DNA from: Callorhinchus milii
Taxonomy: Eukaryota
Direction of reading: 5' to 3'
Length of the DNA: 64,000 nt
Assembly: GCF_018977255.1 (NCBI RefSeq)
Contig: NW_024704743.1
Span: 43,216,001 to 43,280,000, forward strand
The first letter of the stretch is position 1. Every line of letters begins with the position of its first letter. The notes under the pieces are model-generated. The model did no database searches. It saw nothing but the letters and a program-made list of their open reading frames with translations, and was not told the DNA's origin. The translations under genes and the position numbers were made by a program. Shown piece by piece: positions 61,931-64,000 of the stretch.

Positions 61931-62727
61931 CAACATGAGACACTATAAAAACACACATTCCTTTCTTACAAGTGAAAATCACAAAATAATTAATAAGTTG
62001 GTGCTGCCTTGGATGTAGTTGTGGTGTTACCAAAAACATGTCCACCTCCCCCCAAGTGAATATGTCTGCGGCAGCCACCATTTAGGGACAAAGAGCAATG
62101 CCTTAATAGTAATACTGTAATAATAATCCTTGCATTTGATACTCGAGACGTCTCAAAGAGCTGCACAGAATATACTGTCAAGTAAATTACCTGTATATTT
62201 TGCCTTGAGCATGAAATGCGTGAAAATATGCGCGCGGACCATTTTTTTCTTGCTAACTGAGGCTACTCACACAACAGGAGCACACAGTCATCCACCAAAC
62301 TGGCTGCTGTGCTGTTGCATCTGTAGAGCCATATGGAACCTTTCAGTTAATAGCTGAGGGCTGTTTTCAATGCATGCCTGCCGTACAGGGCATTGAGCTG
62401 CTCTTTGTGACGTGACTTTACAAATCATTGATTCTCTAAAATTGCTGCCTGGATTACTGCCCTGTGCAACAATATAATTACTGACAGTGTGGGAGGCGTG
62501 TTATGTCATTGGAGGAGCCAGCAATTTTTCCTAGTAATGTTCATTAGAAAATAACCTCTTTTGCCCAGCAAATGGTCTGTGAGTTGACAGTACATCACTT
62601 TCTCTTGTGGAAAGTTAGTTTGTTGGCGAATGGCTCATGCATTCTTTGGTCTTCAGTGCAACATTAAAATGAATTAATTTTCTCACTCTTTTGTAATAAG
62701 GAAAACAATACAAATTACAATAGAATA

Positions 62728-62729
<2 letters not shown>

Positions 62730-62760
<31 letters not shown>
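62730..62760. repeat. (TA)n microsatellite
   Basis: Direct inspection. Confidence 0.95.
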
Positions 62761-62762
<2 letters not shown>

Positions 62763-64000
62763 CGCGTTTCACATTGGAAGGTTGTCCCAAAAGAGGGCTT
62801 TAACAATACTGACTGGGCACTCAAGTTGGAGCCTTCAGTTTGGTGATTATAGGGTAGGTGGTTTGTAGAGATGATGCTGATAATGTGTAGGGGGAGGGGT
62901 GGGGGGGAAGAGATGAGAGACAGTTGAAGAAATGTGTTTGCAGAACATTGAAGTCAAGAGCATTTACTTTGAACTAATTTATTTGGTAAAACTGCATGGA
63001 ATTCAAGTGTGTTTTTTTTTCTGAATCACTTTTTAATGCGCTATTTAATGAATAAACCGCCGGAAATCACTTTGGAAATATCTGATTTGTGCTCAATAAT
63101 ACTGGTTGTCATGTTAGCAACTTAGTGCCCAGATGTCTGGGGCTCAATCGCTTTGAGCGTTTTGCGTCATAACTCAGTGGTTACTAGATTCAAAATAAAA
63201 TTTTTGTGTGTGTTGGGAGGCGGGGAGAGAAGAAAGAAGAATCTGATTTGCATTCTTTTCCCCCACCACCCTCTTAAACTATTCATTAAAAAAAGAGAAA
63301 GGAATGAGCAATGTACATTCCGGGAACCGCAGAGTTTACATAATGTGCCGGGTTCAACATTAACATAACTAATCCATTTTGACAATTGCGAATGAGCTGC
63401 TCAGAGGCTCATTATCAAATGCTTGACTGACTCTGTTGGTTAGAAGCAATATCCTTTGTCCAGACCTGACAGTGCCCCTTCTTTTTCCCTCATTTTTTTT
63501 CTTTCTTTCGAGAGTATGACTTCACTTCTGATGGCAGTGGTTTTATTTTGCATGAGAACCGTGGAACCCTGTGGTTCAGTATAAAAGGCTCATTAGAGCC
63601 CTCTGGCTGAAAATATCAATTGGAGCTTCTCCTGTTACTGAGATCAGGGCTTTCAGTGCAAAATCCATCACCCACCAGCCCTCAGCAGTTCTGCTCTGAC
63701 AGAGCCATTTTCCCGCCAAATCCAGTTGTGTCTGATACAGCAACAAGTTAAAGCCATTGTTGGGAATGGTTGGATAGCGTGAATTCATATTGAACTATGC
63801 TGGGGGGGAGGGGGTTCGGAGAGAGGAATCCCACCTGGGTATGCCTTTACTCTATATAAGCATTTCAGGGCTTGCAGAATTTGGAAAATTGTTGAATTCA
63901 GTCTCGACTTTGAAACCTGTTTTCATGTGGATCTTAAAAGGACCTATGATAGAAACCGGCTTCTTAGCTAAATCTGTGTTTAAGAGATTTTGGACACTTT

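Overview
Eukaryotic, AT-rich, repeat-dense, apparently non-coding DNA (a large intron or intergenic region). The repeat complement suggests a vertebrate, probably a cartilaginous fish; this is inference and no database search was possible. No host protein-coding gene, rRNA, genuine tRNA gene or CRISPR array can be supported. The only recognisable ORF content is broken L2 and CR1 reverse-transcriptase fragments, the best being the L2 RT with YADD at 42377-42388. The window is dominated by a retroposon ecosystem: (i) a tRNA-Ala-headed SINE with a CORE-like segment, a 3' body shared with older DeuSINE-like elements and an L2-type 3' stem-loop, present in three distinguishable subfamilies, one with near-identical young copies; (ii) older DeuSINE-like elements; (iii) several L2 and CR1 families; and (iv) DNA-transposon relics (a long foldback TTAA-bounded element, a Tigger-like MITE, a piggyBac-like end). 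The most interesting signals are the modular origin of the SINE and base-pair covariation in the 3' stem-loop it shares with L2, the foldback element, a perfect 22-bp hairpin in unique DNA, candidate plus-strand cryptic exons (one ending in a CaaX-like CCIS), and repeat-free blocks that look like enhancers. Family names come from recalled consensus motifs, and the ends of decayed repeats are approximate.
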